A DNA stretch of 32,052 nucleotides, taken from Hyphochytrium catenoides. Lineage: Eukaryota > Protista > Hyphochytriomycota. The notes below the pieces were generated by a model. That model was given only the letters and a program-made list of their open reading frames with translations, made no database searches and had not been told where the DNA came from. Within the stretch, counting starts at the first letter, position 1, and each line of letters starts with the position of its first letter. Shown piece by piece: positions 21,891-32,052 of this stretch. The stretch lies in the NCBI GenBank assembly GCA_900088475.1, contig FLMG01004093.1:1-32052 (forward strand), read 5' to 3'. The position numbers and the translations under genes were made by a program.

Positions 21891-23678
21891 ATGTCTCAAC
21901 AGCCACTGCAGATAGTAGCAGCCACCAAGAGTGTTCCAGGGTAAGAATAGTCGAGATCGCTGTCATAAGGTACCAGGAAGAGGCTAAGTTCGCCCTACCG
22001 TCTTGTTACTCGTCCTTCCAGCTGTACGTCGTCCCAAGAGCAGCATTCAGCGGCTTCTTCAGTCTCCTCTATTATGACAGTGAAGGTCTCAATGAAGAAG
22101 AAAATCATTTGGCTGGTCCAGCAGTCTATTCTTCTTCCGCTATTCTCTGCCTTTCTCAGCTTGGTGTTCGTTGGGATAAAGCTGCTTCTCGTCAGCATTC
22201 TACCGGTGCCCACGTCCAAGCCGCTCTGGTTTGGCTGCAAGGCCGATGACGCCTTCTGCTGGATGCTCTTTCGCTCTGCTGGTGTGCTTCTCTATGAACT
22301 TCTGACGAACATCATAGGGAACCATGTGGCCCTCTTCATCTTTCTCCGTTTGACGATGCCTGACGAGATGAAGGACAACAACGATAGAGGGCGAAGACGA
22401 AGGCGGATGGTGGTCGTAACTATCGCAGTCACTGCTGCCGTACGCGGGTTGTACATGGTCTGGCGGTGCTTCTCAGTCGATGTGGCGGTGTCAGGAGTCA
22501 GCGAGTTCCTTTATGTCCTGCAGTTCTGTGCAGTTCTCTATCATCGAACATGTGGGACCTTTGTCCGCCGTATCCTGACTATTCCTCTGCCATTCCTCAT
22601 TGTCCTCATCTTCCCGCACGTTATGATGGCGCTGAGAATGTCTATGAAGAACTCGGCTTCTGGGTCTGACACACAGGTGCTATCTGTCTGTGCTGTCCTT
22701 ATTCCTGCACTCTACACTGGAATATCTTGGTTGGTGCAGGCCAGCGTCTATGAGCTGGCTAAGAGAGAGGGCGGCAGGAATATGGATGAGTCTGCGCTAC
22801 TCGCTGTGACGCAGTTCGCCTTCCAGATGATGCAGGTGGTCTTCTCTATCAGTTACGCCAGGATGCCGCTCATAGTGGTTGCCCTGGCAACCAGCTCAAC
22901 GTCCATGGGCTTTCTCTTAACGTTTGCCTATCGAAGACACTCTCCAATGATCTGGAAGAACCTTGCTCGAGTGTCCTTATCTGAACCGGAGATTGAATCT
23001 TTAGCGGCTGTGCCCACCTCCATTCCAAAGATAGCTATTCCAGGGGCCGTGCAGCCTCTCCCTTCCACAGCTACTAACGGTCGCATCGTATATCCCACGT
23101 ATCCTACGATAGCGTCTGTCAACAATTGCACGAATCCTGCTGACAACGAGAGGAAACATTCCAAACCAAAGACGGAAACTGAGAAGAAGATCGCCTTTGG
23201 GGAGAAAGATCAGACGATGGCTATAGCAGCCTCTGCTAAGGTTAATAGTGAGGTGGGGTCTTTTCGATCACACTACTACTGGCACCACCGCAAGGCTCTC
23301 GTCTTGCTCATTTGCATTTTCTTTGGGATTGGGGCCACTGCTGTTATCGCCTCCGCCTGCAGATTCATCTGGATTTACCTCTCTGATCAAGGCTCTTGCT
23401 CAGATGGACAAGGCGTCTTCAAGCTTGAACTGACCATTTACCCTTATCTGGTCGTGGTGGGAGTTGTTTGGTGGTTCGTGTTGGTGCTGGAGCTGCTCTC
23501 CAAAGGAGAGATGCTCACCTATTGGTACGTACATTGGCGCTCGGTCCTGCAACCAGTGGTTGTGCAGTATCTGACGTGGGGCCCTTACTTTGTGAACACT
23601 CTTCACTGGATCATGGTCGTGACCGAGTGGTCAGTCTGTTGGATCAAGGAGGATGGAGAAGAGCTTCAGAGCACATAA
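21891..23678 (+). CDS. Uncharacterised multi-pass membrane protein (~10-11 TM), paralog B
   Basis: 534-aa ORF 22074-23678, extended by exon 21891-21940 and a phase-2 intron at 21941-22021 (GTAAGA...TCCAG). Blocks shared with paralog A: TSKP.W..C..D...CW, ALFIF.RLT.P, ISWL.QAS.Y.L, MDESALL, S.SYAR.P, FAYRRHS, HRKALVL.ICI.FGIG.TAVIASACR, GVFKL.LT.YPYLVV, QY.TWGP.F.N.LHWIMV.TEWSVC.IK. Confidence 0.85.
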
Positions 23679-23738
23679 CTTATGTCTATGCTTAATGAAC
23701 ACTCTTCACTGGATCATGGTCGTGACCGAGTGGTCAGT
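23593..23738 (+). repeat. Exact 43-bp direct repeat (23593-23635 and 23696-23738)
   Basis: TGAACACTCTTCACTGGATCATGGTCGTGACCGAGTGGTCAGT occurs inside the 3' CDS of paralog B and again just after its stop codon. Confidence 0.95.
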
Positions 23739-23890
23739 TCGTTGTTCCTGGGACCCCTGTCGGGCTGCTTATGGTGAAAGCCTCGCAGTGTGTTTAGGGA
23801 GAAGATGCAGAAGCAATGAAGCTTGGCTCAACTTATAAGGGCACCATACATCTTTCGCACCCCTGACACCATCAAGGAGATCCAGGTTTG

Positions 23891-24463
23891 TCATTGAGCG
23901 ACAGAAGCGCATTGCGATGAAGCTTTCACATAGAGTGAGGGCTCTACGCATATCCAGTAGCGGCGAAGGGGCGAGAGATAGGAAGAACCTGAGCAGAGTT
24001 CAGATCGTGTTGCTCCATATTTCGCATAGCATAGCTCAGGCTCTCCTACCCCTTTGGGATGGGCAGAAGCGTACCCGGTCCTCACCACGCGGCAGGAGCC
24101 AAGTGGCAAGCATAATAAGACTCTATTATGTTCAAATTCAAAATGCTTACTACTAAATATCACCCCGCGCGCAGGATATGTTGCCCCTGGTAGCTCTGGG
24201 TCTGCTCGGCAATATGCACTCACGATCTGCCTCAAGCGGCAGGAGTTATCAGCCTCAGGTGGCCACCAATGGTCGGTGCTGCCTAAGGAGAAGGGTATCA
24301 ATGCTCCTGCAGTCTGAAGCGTATCTTCCGGCACCGTATCACCCTCTTCAGCACTCTTAGAGATCGCTTTAACTTCAAAGACTCTAGAAGAGTGTCTAGT
24401 GACTTTGTCAGAGAATTTGTCAGAGAAAACCTGGCGAGCATCCTGAACCCTGTTAAGTGCCAT
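23891..24463 (-). CDS. Unknown 190-codon ORF, possibly a 3' exon of the upstream BTB gene
   Basis: Long open frame with protein-like composition on the same strand as the BTB gene and ~230 nt downstream of it. There is a candidate acceptor TAACAG near 24450, but the junction is unresolved. Confidence 0.35.
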   Translation of the reverse strand: MALNRVQDARQVFSDKFSDKVTRHSSRVFEVKAISKSAEEGDTVPEDTLQTAGALIPFSLGSTDHWWPPEADNSCRLRQIVSAYCRADPELPGATYPARGVIFSSKHFEFEHNRVLLCLPLGSCRVVRTGYASAHPKGVGEPELCYAKYGATRSELCSGSSYLSPLRRYWICVEPSLYVKASSQCASVAQ

Positions 24464-24688
24464 CAGCCAACGCCAAGATTATAGAGGAGCTGTTGCGTTT
24501 GCCAAAAGACCACCAGCCTGTCCATCCAAACCCCCTAAAACGTGAAGGTGTCCATGTCCTGCCCTTCGATAATGTGAGAGAGCAAGCCAAGAATGTCCGT
24601 CCAGCATCCAGTCCGATAAAGATAACGCTGGTCCCCTTGGGTCGCTCTTCTGGGTTGACGTACCACTAAGGATGAGATCTGCTTGCTG

Positions 24689-25882
24689 CTAAGACTGACT
24701 AACCAGCACATGGGAGAACTCCTCTTCTTCGTCATCATCTTCTTCATCGTCATCATCATCGTCTTCATCTTCATCATTGTCGTCTTGGTCTATTGCTAGT
24801 TTGCGAAGCAGATGATCAATTCCTTCTCCCAGTCTTTGCATGTAGCCTCTTTTCTCCGCTCTGGGCTGTCGTAACTTGCCCCTTGAGCCTTCCCCATCTC
24901 CTTGCCCTGCTGACTGTACCTCTTCTCCTGCCTCGCCATCGCCATCCTTCCCCGACTGTACGCCGACGATGGCCAGAGTAGAAGCTCCAATAGCAGCGGC
25001 TGTGGCAAATATTCGCCGTCCCCAGCTCAATATAAAGCCTGTGACCGCTAAAGGGTTGAAGTGCCTCACCAGTCCCAAACTGGACGCAACCTGCTGAATG
25101 CCTCGGTTGCCCAACAAGTAGGTGGCCAAGGAAGAATGACGAATGCTGCTCATGAACTCTTGCAGATCGTAGAACTCTGCCTCACAATAGAGCTCCTTAA
25201 GCTGTTGTCTGCCGCTAGGAAGCGCGACCTCTACTCCTCTGAGATAGTTCAATATAAGAGGAAAGTAGGTGGGATCACGGTCGATGAAGGGAATGCCGTC
25301 CTTCATCCTTCCAATAGCCGAGCAATAATCCACGTGCCGCACTAAGGCCGGAGCTCCCTATTGTCACGGACAAGATAGTCAGGCTTGAGCAAGGGACCAA
25401 AAAAGAAAGAGCAGAGCTTGAGGTAGAGAAAAGGGGAAAGGATAACTGTCAGTCCAAGAGCCTCAAAAGAGAGAGAGAGAGACACAAGGGGCAGCAACGA
25501 TTTTCCATAGATGAATTGCGCTACAGATGTCTATCTAGTCCTGCCTTCGAACGGCGACGGAGCTGTGCTAGGAGAGCCGTACCTGAAGAGTTTCCCACGT
25601 CGTCGTGAAGGTGATACCGCCAACATTCAGCTCAACGACACCAGAGCGGCGGATGGATTCTGGCAGTTGAAGCTCCGCTGCAGAAGCACTGCCATTTACA
25701 TCTCTGCAGATAGAGCTCCGCACTGGAAAATAGGTACGAAATGTGCGATGTAGAGGCGATATTTGCTTAGCAAACGGCGTTGACCGCGCTCGGGTTACCA
25801 TTGCCCTAAAGGTGTGCGGCCTGCCCCGCAGGAGAGAGCTTTGTAGCGTCCAATAGATCGCCTTCATTCTGCCAGCTCGCAT
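24689..25882 (-). CDS. KCTD-type BTB/POZ (T1 tetramerisation) domain protein
   Basis: Exon 25882-25583 (VVELNVGGITFTTTWETLQ) splices in phase 0 to an exon starting at 25357 (GIPFIDRDPTYFPLILNYLRG..LKELYCEAEFYDLQEF). A hydrophobic segment and a D/E tract follow. The start (25882 or 25867) and the 3' end are uncertain. Confidence 0.82.
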
Positions 25883-26607
25883 CCGGGGCCAATGTCAGTG
25901 GGTGCTGCTATGAAGTAGCGTCTGGCGGTCTGGGACTTATGCTAGTTCCCTCGCCGACTTGCCAATGCATTTCCAGGCTCTCAGCCTTCCATGCAGGCCG
26001 AGTATAGTCCTTAGTACCCGCCAGAGAGAATCTCACTGGTCCTCTAACAAGCACGGAGACGCAATGCCGCCGGCTCCTGCTTTGGCGGCAGCGGCGGCTG
26101 CTGGTGCTGCTGCTGCGGCTTCTGAAGTTGCTGTTAATGAGGCCAAGGGCTAAAAGCTATTATATTCGGTAATGTCAACGCTAGTCAAAGGGCTTCTCGT
26201 CTTACTTTAGTCTTTTTGCGAAAAGCTAAGGCTATAACGCTAAACTATACTCGGGCAGGTGCTTTCGTCTCGGTCATATTCGTACTTTCGATGTCTTCGG
26301 CTGATTTTATCTGCCACCGAACCTGATGCTTCTGCCTCTTCTTCGGTGGAGCCATCCTTCGCCTCGAGAGAGAGACGCCGCGATGACCGTGGGCTCTAGT
26401 GAGCACCAGCACTCAGAGACTGCGGCTGCCCCTTCCAGACAAGAGCTACGGGCAGCACCACAGAGAGGCTGAAGAGTGTCCCTGAGATTTGTCCAACGCT
26501 CTGCGCTGGCATAAGCGATTCTGAGGGCAAGCTGTCTCTTGCAGCGAGTAAAAAGTGCGCCCGCCAAAGGAGAAGCGAAAGGGAAGCTGGAACCGTTGTC
26601 TGGGACG

Positions 26608-26890
26608 ATGCCGAAGAATCAACGCTCCTTAGCGAAGCCTCTCGCTACTCTCTTTACTGTCTCAGCGCTGACGCTGGGTTCAATCGTCTACGTGCACTAC
26701 ATTCAGAAGAAGGAGCAGGAGGTAAGGCTCACCTTGCCTCAATGGACGGTCTCCTTGATACAGCGACCCTTCGGCTTGACGGAGGCCTTTCCCTGGCCGT
26801 CTGGGTTAACCTCAATCCTCTTCCGATGTTGACCAGGATATGAGGAGAAATGTTCTGAGAGATATTGAGGCGGACAGGAAGAGGTTCTGA
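26608..26890 (+). CDS. PET117: PET117-family cytochrome c oxidase assembly factor, 2 exons, 55 aa
   Basis: Exons 26608-26721 and 26837-26890 (intron GTAAGG...ACCAG) give MPKNQRSLAKPLATLFTVSALTLGSIVYVHYIQKKEQEDMRRNVLRDIEADRKRF. This fits the PET117 pattern: hydrophobic segment, VHxxQxxExxxxxxxVxRDxE. Confidence 0.8.
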
Positions 26891-26923
26891 AGCTCTGGAG
26901 CCTGGCGGACACTTGGTGACGGA

Positions 26924-29293
26924 ATGAGTTCCCTGATAGAACGCGAGCCGTATAGGCAAGGAGGAAGACTCTTGTTCTCGCACTTTCTTACAGATGACAC
27001 AGAGAATCACTCAGAGCCGAGTGAAGAGCTTACTCTGCCTGCTGGCGTCCGTCGCCTGGTCAAGCGCCATCCCTTCAACAAGCGCTTTGAACTCTTTCTG
27101 CCAGAGTATCCCGCAGAGAACCAAGGCAGAAGAGCGATAGAATATGGAACTAGAGAGCAAGCAGCCGCCTCGAGGGAGATCACAGAGAGCTTGGAGTCAT
27201 ACGTGGCGAGAATGTAAGGAGGGACCTGCCTCTTCTCTCTTTTCCTTACGCCTTCTCTCTCTCCGTCCAAATTCTCCTGTCCATCCTCCGACACTTCTTA
27301 CTTCTCCTCCAGGCTCTCCCCGTTTCACCTCTCGTCTTACTCTACTCGTTTTCGCGGTCTTTCTCTGTCCGCCCTCCCCTTATATGCTATCTCCTCCTTG
27401 GTTTCCTCTCTTCCTGGAACCTCGTGCTCACGACGGACATATATTCTCGCTCTTCGTACTGTCCTCTCTCATCCTCTCAGAAAGCCCAGTATATCCTCCT
27501 CGCCCTTCTTTTATGAGATCACGGGTAGGGCAGCAGGGCTTCTGCACCCTGATTTTCTGGCCCAATGGATTGTCCCGGCAGACATTGCGTTGCTGGTCAT
27601 GCTGAAGAATTGTCCTCTCGATGCTGCCAACTCCTTCTGCATAGTTGACGGTAAGAATAAGGAAAGACCTAGGGACGAAAGGAGATGACGGGGCCAAGGA
27701 GTGGCACAACAGCTAAAGCGTTGAACAGGAATCGGCAAGAGGCCATCCACGAGAAAAGAGAAGGAACTGCCGTACTGCCTATAAGTATTGCACTGAAGAG
27801 TGAAGAGGAGGGGAGAACAGGGGATTGACGGAGGGGGGCAGGGTATCGAGAGGAAAACAGAGAGAAGGAGAGAGACGAGACAAAGAAAGAGAAAGAGAGA
27901 CAGACGAAAGACAAAGGATAAATTACTATCAACTTTTCGCGTAGGTCATCTGCTTCTCAACGTGGATCAAGAGACCTACAGTACGCTAGGCCTACAAGGC
28001 ACAGCTATATCCTGGCCTCATTCCAGAAAGAGCAAGAAGAGGAAAACGAGCAAGGCCAAGTCGCTATCTTCTTCCGCTCCATTTTCTCAGAGATACAGCA
28101 TCTCAATAGATCTACGCGCAAAGACCTTCCTGCCAGAAAGCGCATATCACCGTCGAGTCATCTCCTGCTTTCAACGGGCGGAGCAAGGAGAGGTCACTCT
28201 GCTGGCCGCGTGCAGCAAGGATGGGAGGGCAGTAGAGGTTGACTGGCCGTCCTCCTTTAAGGTTGAGAAAGTGACGTGCAGTCCAGAACCCTTTGAGTTC
28301 ATGGATATCGCTCTTCCCAGAGCAGAGGAGCTGCAGGTCTGGCATCCTTCGCTTGTTTCCACCCTATCTCTTATCGTCAATTTCTCTTTGTTGTCTTTCT
28401 TTGGCCACTCTATCTTATAGTGGGGATGTCTTGATGGTCCTAGTCTTATAGAGCAGCCGCTTCTCTCTCTCTCTCTCTCTCTGCGTGCCTGGACCTAATC
28501 AGCTTGCTGCTTGTCCACCAATACGAACCTCTCACTTACGTAGCTCAAGCCTCGAGCTGTCGAAGTAGCGATGAAGCCTAGTCTTCCATCTCTCTCCTCA
28601 AGGTCGCAGTGGGTGGACCACCAGCTCCTACAGGAGAAGCTAAAGGACTTGAACGATTGGCTTGGGATCATGGCTTGTCGGATTGAAGAGCTCCTGAGCA
28701 CTCATAAGAACATAGAACCTTTTGTTTCCACCTACTCAAGGTACTTATGGCATTGCTGTTTAGAGTGACTGTCCTAGGCTAGGTTCGATCTCTTGGGAAC
28801 TGGAGACAGGGTGAGAGGAGAGAGAAGGGTTGAGGAAGAGTTCTCCGCTGACGGAGGGTATAGAGTGGTGTTGCAGAGACGCACTCGTAACATTATTCCT
28901 TCCAACTGATCCTCTTTATCTATGAGTGTCATCATGGGTTCAGCCTTCTTACAGCTCTTCTTCTCTTTTCCCAGTCCCCAAGTGGTTTCTACCGTCGGTG
29001 GATGTGCAGCGTACTCGCTAGCGTGGGAAGGCTTTTTCTCTTCTTCTACCGTGTTGGAAGGCATACAGCGAGCCCAGCAATTCCTCAAAGCAAGAAAGGC
29101 TCCATGGGCCGCAGTGCTCTGCTGGGGTTATGAGGACTCTCCGCTCTCCTGGTACAAGGAGTCTCGCTCTCTCTCTAAGGCGTCCAACCGCGACTATCTT
29201 CTTGACGGTGCCAATCATTATACGCTCATTCTCCTCCCAGACGGACAGATCTGGGTCACTCAGCTCCTGGGAGCCTTGGATCCCACAGAGTAA
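26924..29293 (+). CDS. RPP40: RNase P/MRP protein subunit p40, 5 exons
   Basis: Exons 26924-27213, 27481-27650, 27945-28336, 28544-28740 and 28975-29293 join in phase. Motifs: HPFNKRFELFLP, LLHPDFL, GHLLLNVDQETYSTLGLQG, RYSISIDLR, DWLGIMAC, WEGFFS, PWAAVLCWGYEDSPLSW, GANHYTLIL. Confidence 0.9.
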
Positions 29294-29979
29294 TAGGCCA
29301 CCGGTCGTCTGGCCACATGTTCTGCCCTTTCAGACCTCGCTACTTCCTTCTCTTTAGTCTGTCATCTCATCTGCTTAAGGAAACACCAGCTTACGGAGAG
29401 AGAGACACACGTGTAGCGCGGTCCCCACGTAGATCATGGCTATGGAATGATGCCTATAATACCTCTACTCCGACCCAACATGTCTCAATTAGACCGTTAT
29501 CCCCAGTGAACTCTAACTCAGAAGGATCATCTTCGACCCTGGATCAAGCTGTAGGAGGAGGACCAGTGAGTCCAGCCATTTGGCTGACTTCGTACGAGCA
29601 GAGCATCAACACAGAAAAGACCAAGGGTGGGGAGCAGAAGAGAGAGGCCGCGGGGCAGTAACAACCAGGGGAAGACAAGCAACCAAGAAGAGAATTATCA
29701 GAGTAGAACAGAGAGAGAGAAACCGAGGGAAACCGGGAGAGAGGAAGGATTGGCAATGACAGGCTAAAGAGAGAGAGAGTGAGAGGGAAGGAGAGAGAGA
29801 GAAACTCTGCGTGACCTTTCGCGCCACCAAGATGCTAATCATCTGAGAGCCGTTAACGGTCATCACTGACGGCCCGGCCTTGAGTGCCAACCAAAAACTG
29901 AGGAAAACAACTTTCCGTTCGATCAGAAGCTGCCTCCTCCTTCCTCTTCCTTCCCCTTCTCTGACAGGCAAGAGTGCAA

Positions 29980-30085
29980 CAGAGAGAGGCGAGCGCCAGA
30001 GAGAGAGAGAGAGAGGTCAAAAGAGAGAGAGAGAGAGAGCAAGAGACAGAGAGAGAGAGAGAGCAAGAGAGAGAGAGAGAGAGAG
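29980..30085. repeat. Interrupted (AG)n microsatellite upstream of the WKF-domain gene
   Basis: Directly visible AG runs. Confidence 0.9.
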
Positions 30086-30185
30086 CATATCGGGTCTTGA
30101 CGCGCCTCCCTTCGCCCTCATAAGTGCATCATCTTACTAGTTCGTGCCTTTCTCTCTCCTTTGCAAAGAGGATTGGATCGGAACA

Positions 30186-30489
30186 ATGACTAGCGAGGGC
30201 AAGTCAGAGAGGAAGAAGCGGTCTAGAGCAGGCCCGGTGGAGGAGGAAGAGGAAAGACAGAGAGGAGAGAAAGAGGAGAGCAATATCACTGGAGAAGAAG
30301 CTGTGGCCGCGGAGAAGAAGAGACCTCGAAGAGGCAAACGAACGAGAGAGAAGACTGCAGGCGGGGAAGAAGAAGAACCAGAGAAGCCTGGCACGACAGA
30401 GAAGCTCATTGAAGAAGGAAGAGAATACCTCGAGGATTGGTCCCGGAACAAGGATACCACGTGGAAGTTCAAGGTTGGAGATGGCTTTT

Positions 30490-30520
<31 letters not shown>

Positions 30521-31540
30521 CTTCTCCCGCTGTCGTTCCTTTCACTCTACCCTGGTCACGTCCTTACCCCGCCGCTGTGTGCAGAAAGCTAAACAGGTTT
30601 GGTTGCTGCGCTGGATGTATCACCCGGACGTGGTAAGTGCGCGAGCTGGTTAGGGAGATGACCGCGACGAGAAGCGTGTTCCCCTTGTGATTTGCTCTCT
30701 TTAGCCCTCTCTCTTGCTCTCTCTTTGTTCTTCCTCTTTCTCTCTCTCTCTCTCTCCGTCCCTCGCTCCGCTCCCCTTCCTCCTTTCTCTCTCATTCTCT
30801 CTACTCTGCTCTTCTGTCTTTCTCTCTCTCCCTCTCTCTCTCTCTCTCCCTCTTTCTTTTTACTTTCTTTCTNNNNNNNNNNNNNNNNNNNNNNNNNNNN
30901 NNNNNNNNNNNNNNNNNCTCTCTCTCCTTCCCCTCTCTCCCTCCACATCCTTCCGCATCCCTCCCCTAATCTTTTGGCGCTTTGCGCTCCTTAACGCTTT
31001 TTCCCGCGCTGTCTGCTCTTCTCCCACTCTCTCTCTCCTTTTCTAGATCGGAAAGAAGATGTTCGGCACTCTTGTAGACTATCTGAAGGAAATGAAGGGG
31101 AGAGCAGTGGAGGTAGAACGACTTCTACTTAGCTCTCCCTCTTTCTTCCCATCCGCTCTCATCTCCTGTGCTCTCTCTCTCTCTCTATCTCCTTCTTTCT
31201 CTCTTGTGCCACTCTTTACTCTCTATTCCTCTTTCACGCTGCCCTGCCCATATCTAACACTCATCCTCTCACTACTTTCTCTTTCCTTCTAACGCAACCA
31301 TGTGGACTTCCGCCATCTCCATCACTCTGTCGCCCTCGTCCGTCCGGCTAGCGTGTTATCGCAAACGCCAAGGATATTCTCGCGGAAGGCTTACCTGAGA
31401 AGCCGTCTGAGGATGGCGAGGGCGAAGGAAAGACGGAGATGACGATGCGGAGAAGGAGGTACAAGAGAGCTGTCAAAGTCCTGCAGACGCTGGCTCCTGA
31501 GGAAGTAGACGCCTTGCGGAGACCCCAAGATAGTGACTGA
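30186..31540 (+). CDS. WKF-domain protein (C7orf50/DUF2373 family), 4 exons
   Basis: Exons 30186-30473, 30585-30632, 31047-31112 and 31352-31540 join in phase 0. A charged N-terminus precedes EYLEDW..TWKFKKAKQVWLLRWMY..FGTLVDYLKEMKG..YKRAVKVLQTL. Confidence 0.87.
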
Positions 31541-31791
31541 TGACCAAGGAGGACTCAACGCTACGTCCCTACGTTATTTATTATGAACCCTCTCCTTGTT
31601 TCCTGACCTTTCTAGACACGACACCTATCAACCTCCTTCGCCCACAAGTGCCATCGCGCTTCCCCTGCGTAGTCTCCTGAACTGAGCTCCATGATCTTGA
31701 TGAGCCTGGCACTTCTTCATCCTCCATTTCTGGTCATTTTTAGGGAGATAAGGGCTAGGCACCCATCATGCTGCCGCCTATCTTCATAAAT

Positions 31792-32052
31792 TTATGCAAA
31801 CGCTTGACTTAGTTTACACTGGGCAATGACGAGGGCTTCTTTCTCTTCATGGAGCTCCGCCCTTGTCTTTTCATAGTATGATGTGTCCTCAGCCCTCGCG
31901 CGTTCGTTTTTCTTCTCTGCGTCCCGGCTGTTTCTCTTTGCAATGTCTTCCCTGGCTTTCGTCCTACTACGCTGAGCCTGACTCGAGTCCTTTTTATTTA
32001 AAGGCGCTAATTCGGCTCTCGTCATGATGGTGTCTGTCTATCACGCAAGGAG
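31792..32052 (-). CDS. Possible 3' portion of an unknown coiled-coil-like gene entering from the window end
   Basis: Charged 77-aa ORF (KAREDIAKRNSRDAEKKNERARAE...). No family was recognised and the exon structure is unresolved. Confidence 0.25.

Noticed and set aside
23740-23885. TruB-like fragment (GLLMV..TYKGTIHL)
   Set aside because: Interrupted by stops, lacks the catalytic HxGxLD motif and is too short to support.
30589-31292. Ser/Leu- and Arg/Glu-repeat ORFs
   Set aside because: Translations of CT/AG microsatellite tracts inside introns of the WKF-domain gene.
26924-31540. RPP40 plus WKF-domain gene as a ribosome-biogenesis cluster
   Set aside because: They are separated by an ordinary ~0.9 kb intergenic region, and adjacency of two genes alone is not evidence of a cluster.
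1-32052. tRNA, rRNA, CRISPR or prokaryotic defence system
   Set aside because: No tRNA A/B boxes, rRNA-like sequence or repeat-spacer array were seen; the window is spliceosomal-intron-containing eukaryotic DNA.

Overview
Eukaryotic nuclear DNA from an intron-rich protist (GT-AG introns mostly 60-400 nt, abundant CT/AG microsatellite tracts, three N-gaps; a stramenopile-like lineage is plausible but not provable here). Hand-splicing supports these genes, in order: an intronless DUF924 + TilS (PP-loop) fusion (-); gamma-SNAP (+, 5 exons); a type II membrane GT-A/GT2-like glycosyltransferase (+); a ~20-exon POT1 telomere-end-binding gene that the ORF track misses, with an apparent extra N-terminal OB-like domain (+); a head-to-head pair of paralogous ~10-11-TM orphan membrane proteins; a KCTD-type BTB protein with a presequence-like N-terminus (-); PET117 (+) followed only 33 nt later, in the same frame, by RPP40 (+); and a WKF-domain (C7orf50-like) gene (+). 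The most notable observations are the candidate bicistronic/readthrough PET117-RPP40 locus, the extended POT1 and the DUF924-TilS fusion. All family calls come from recalled motifs, not database searches.
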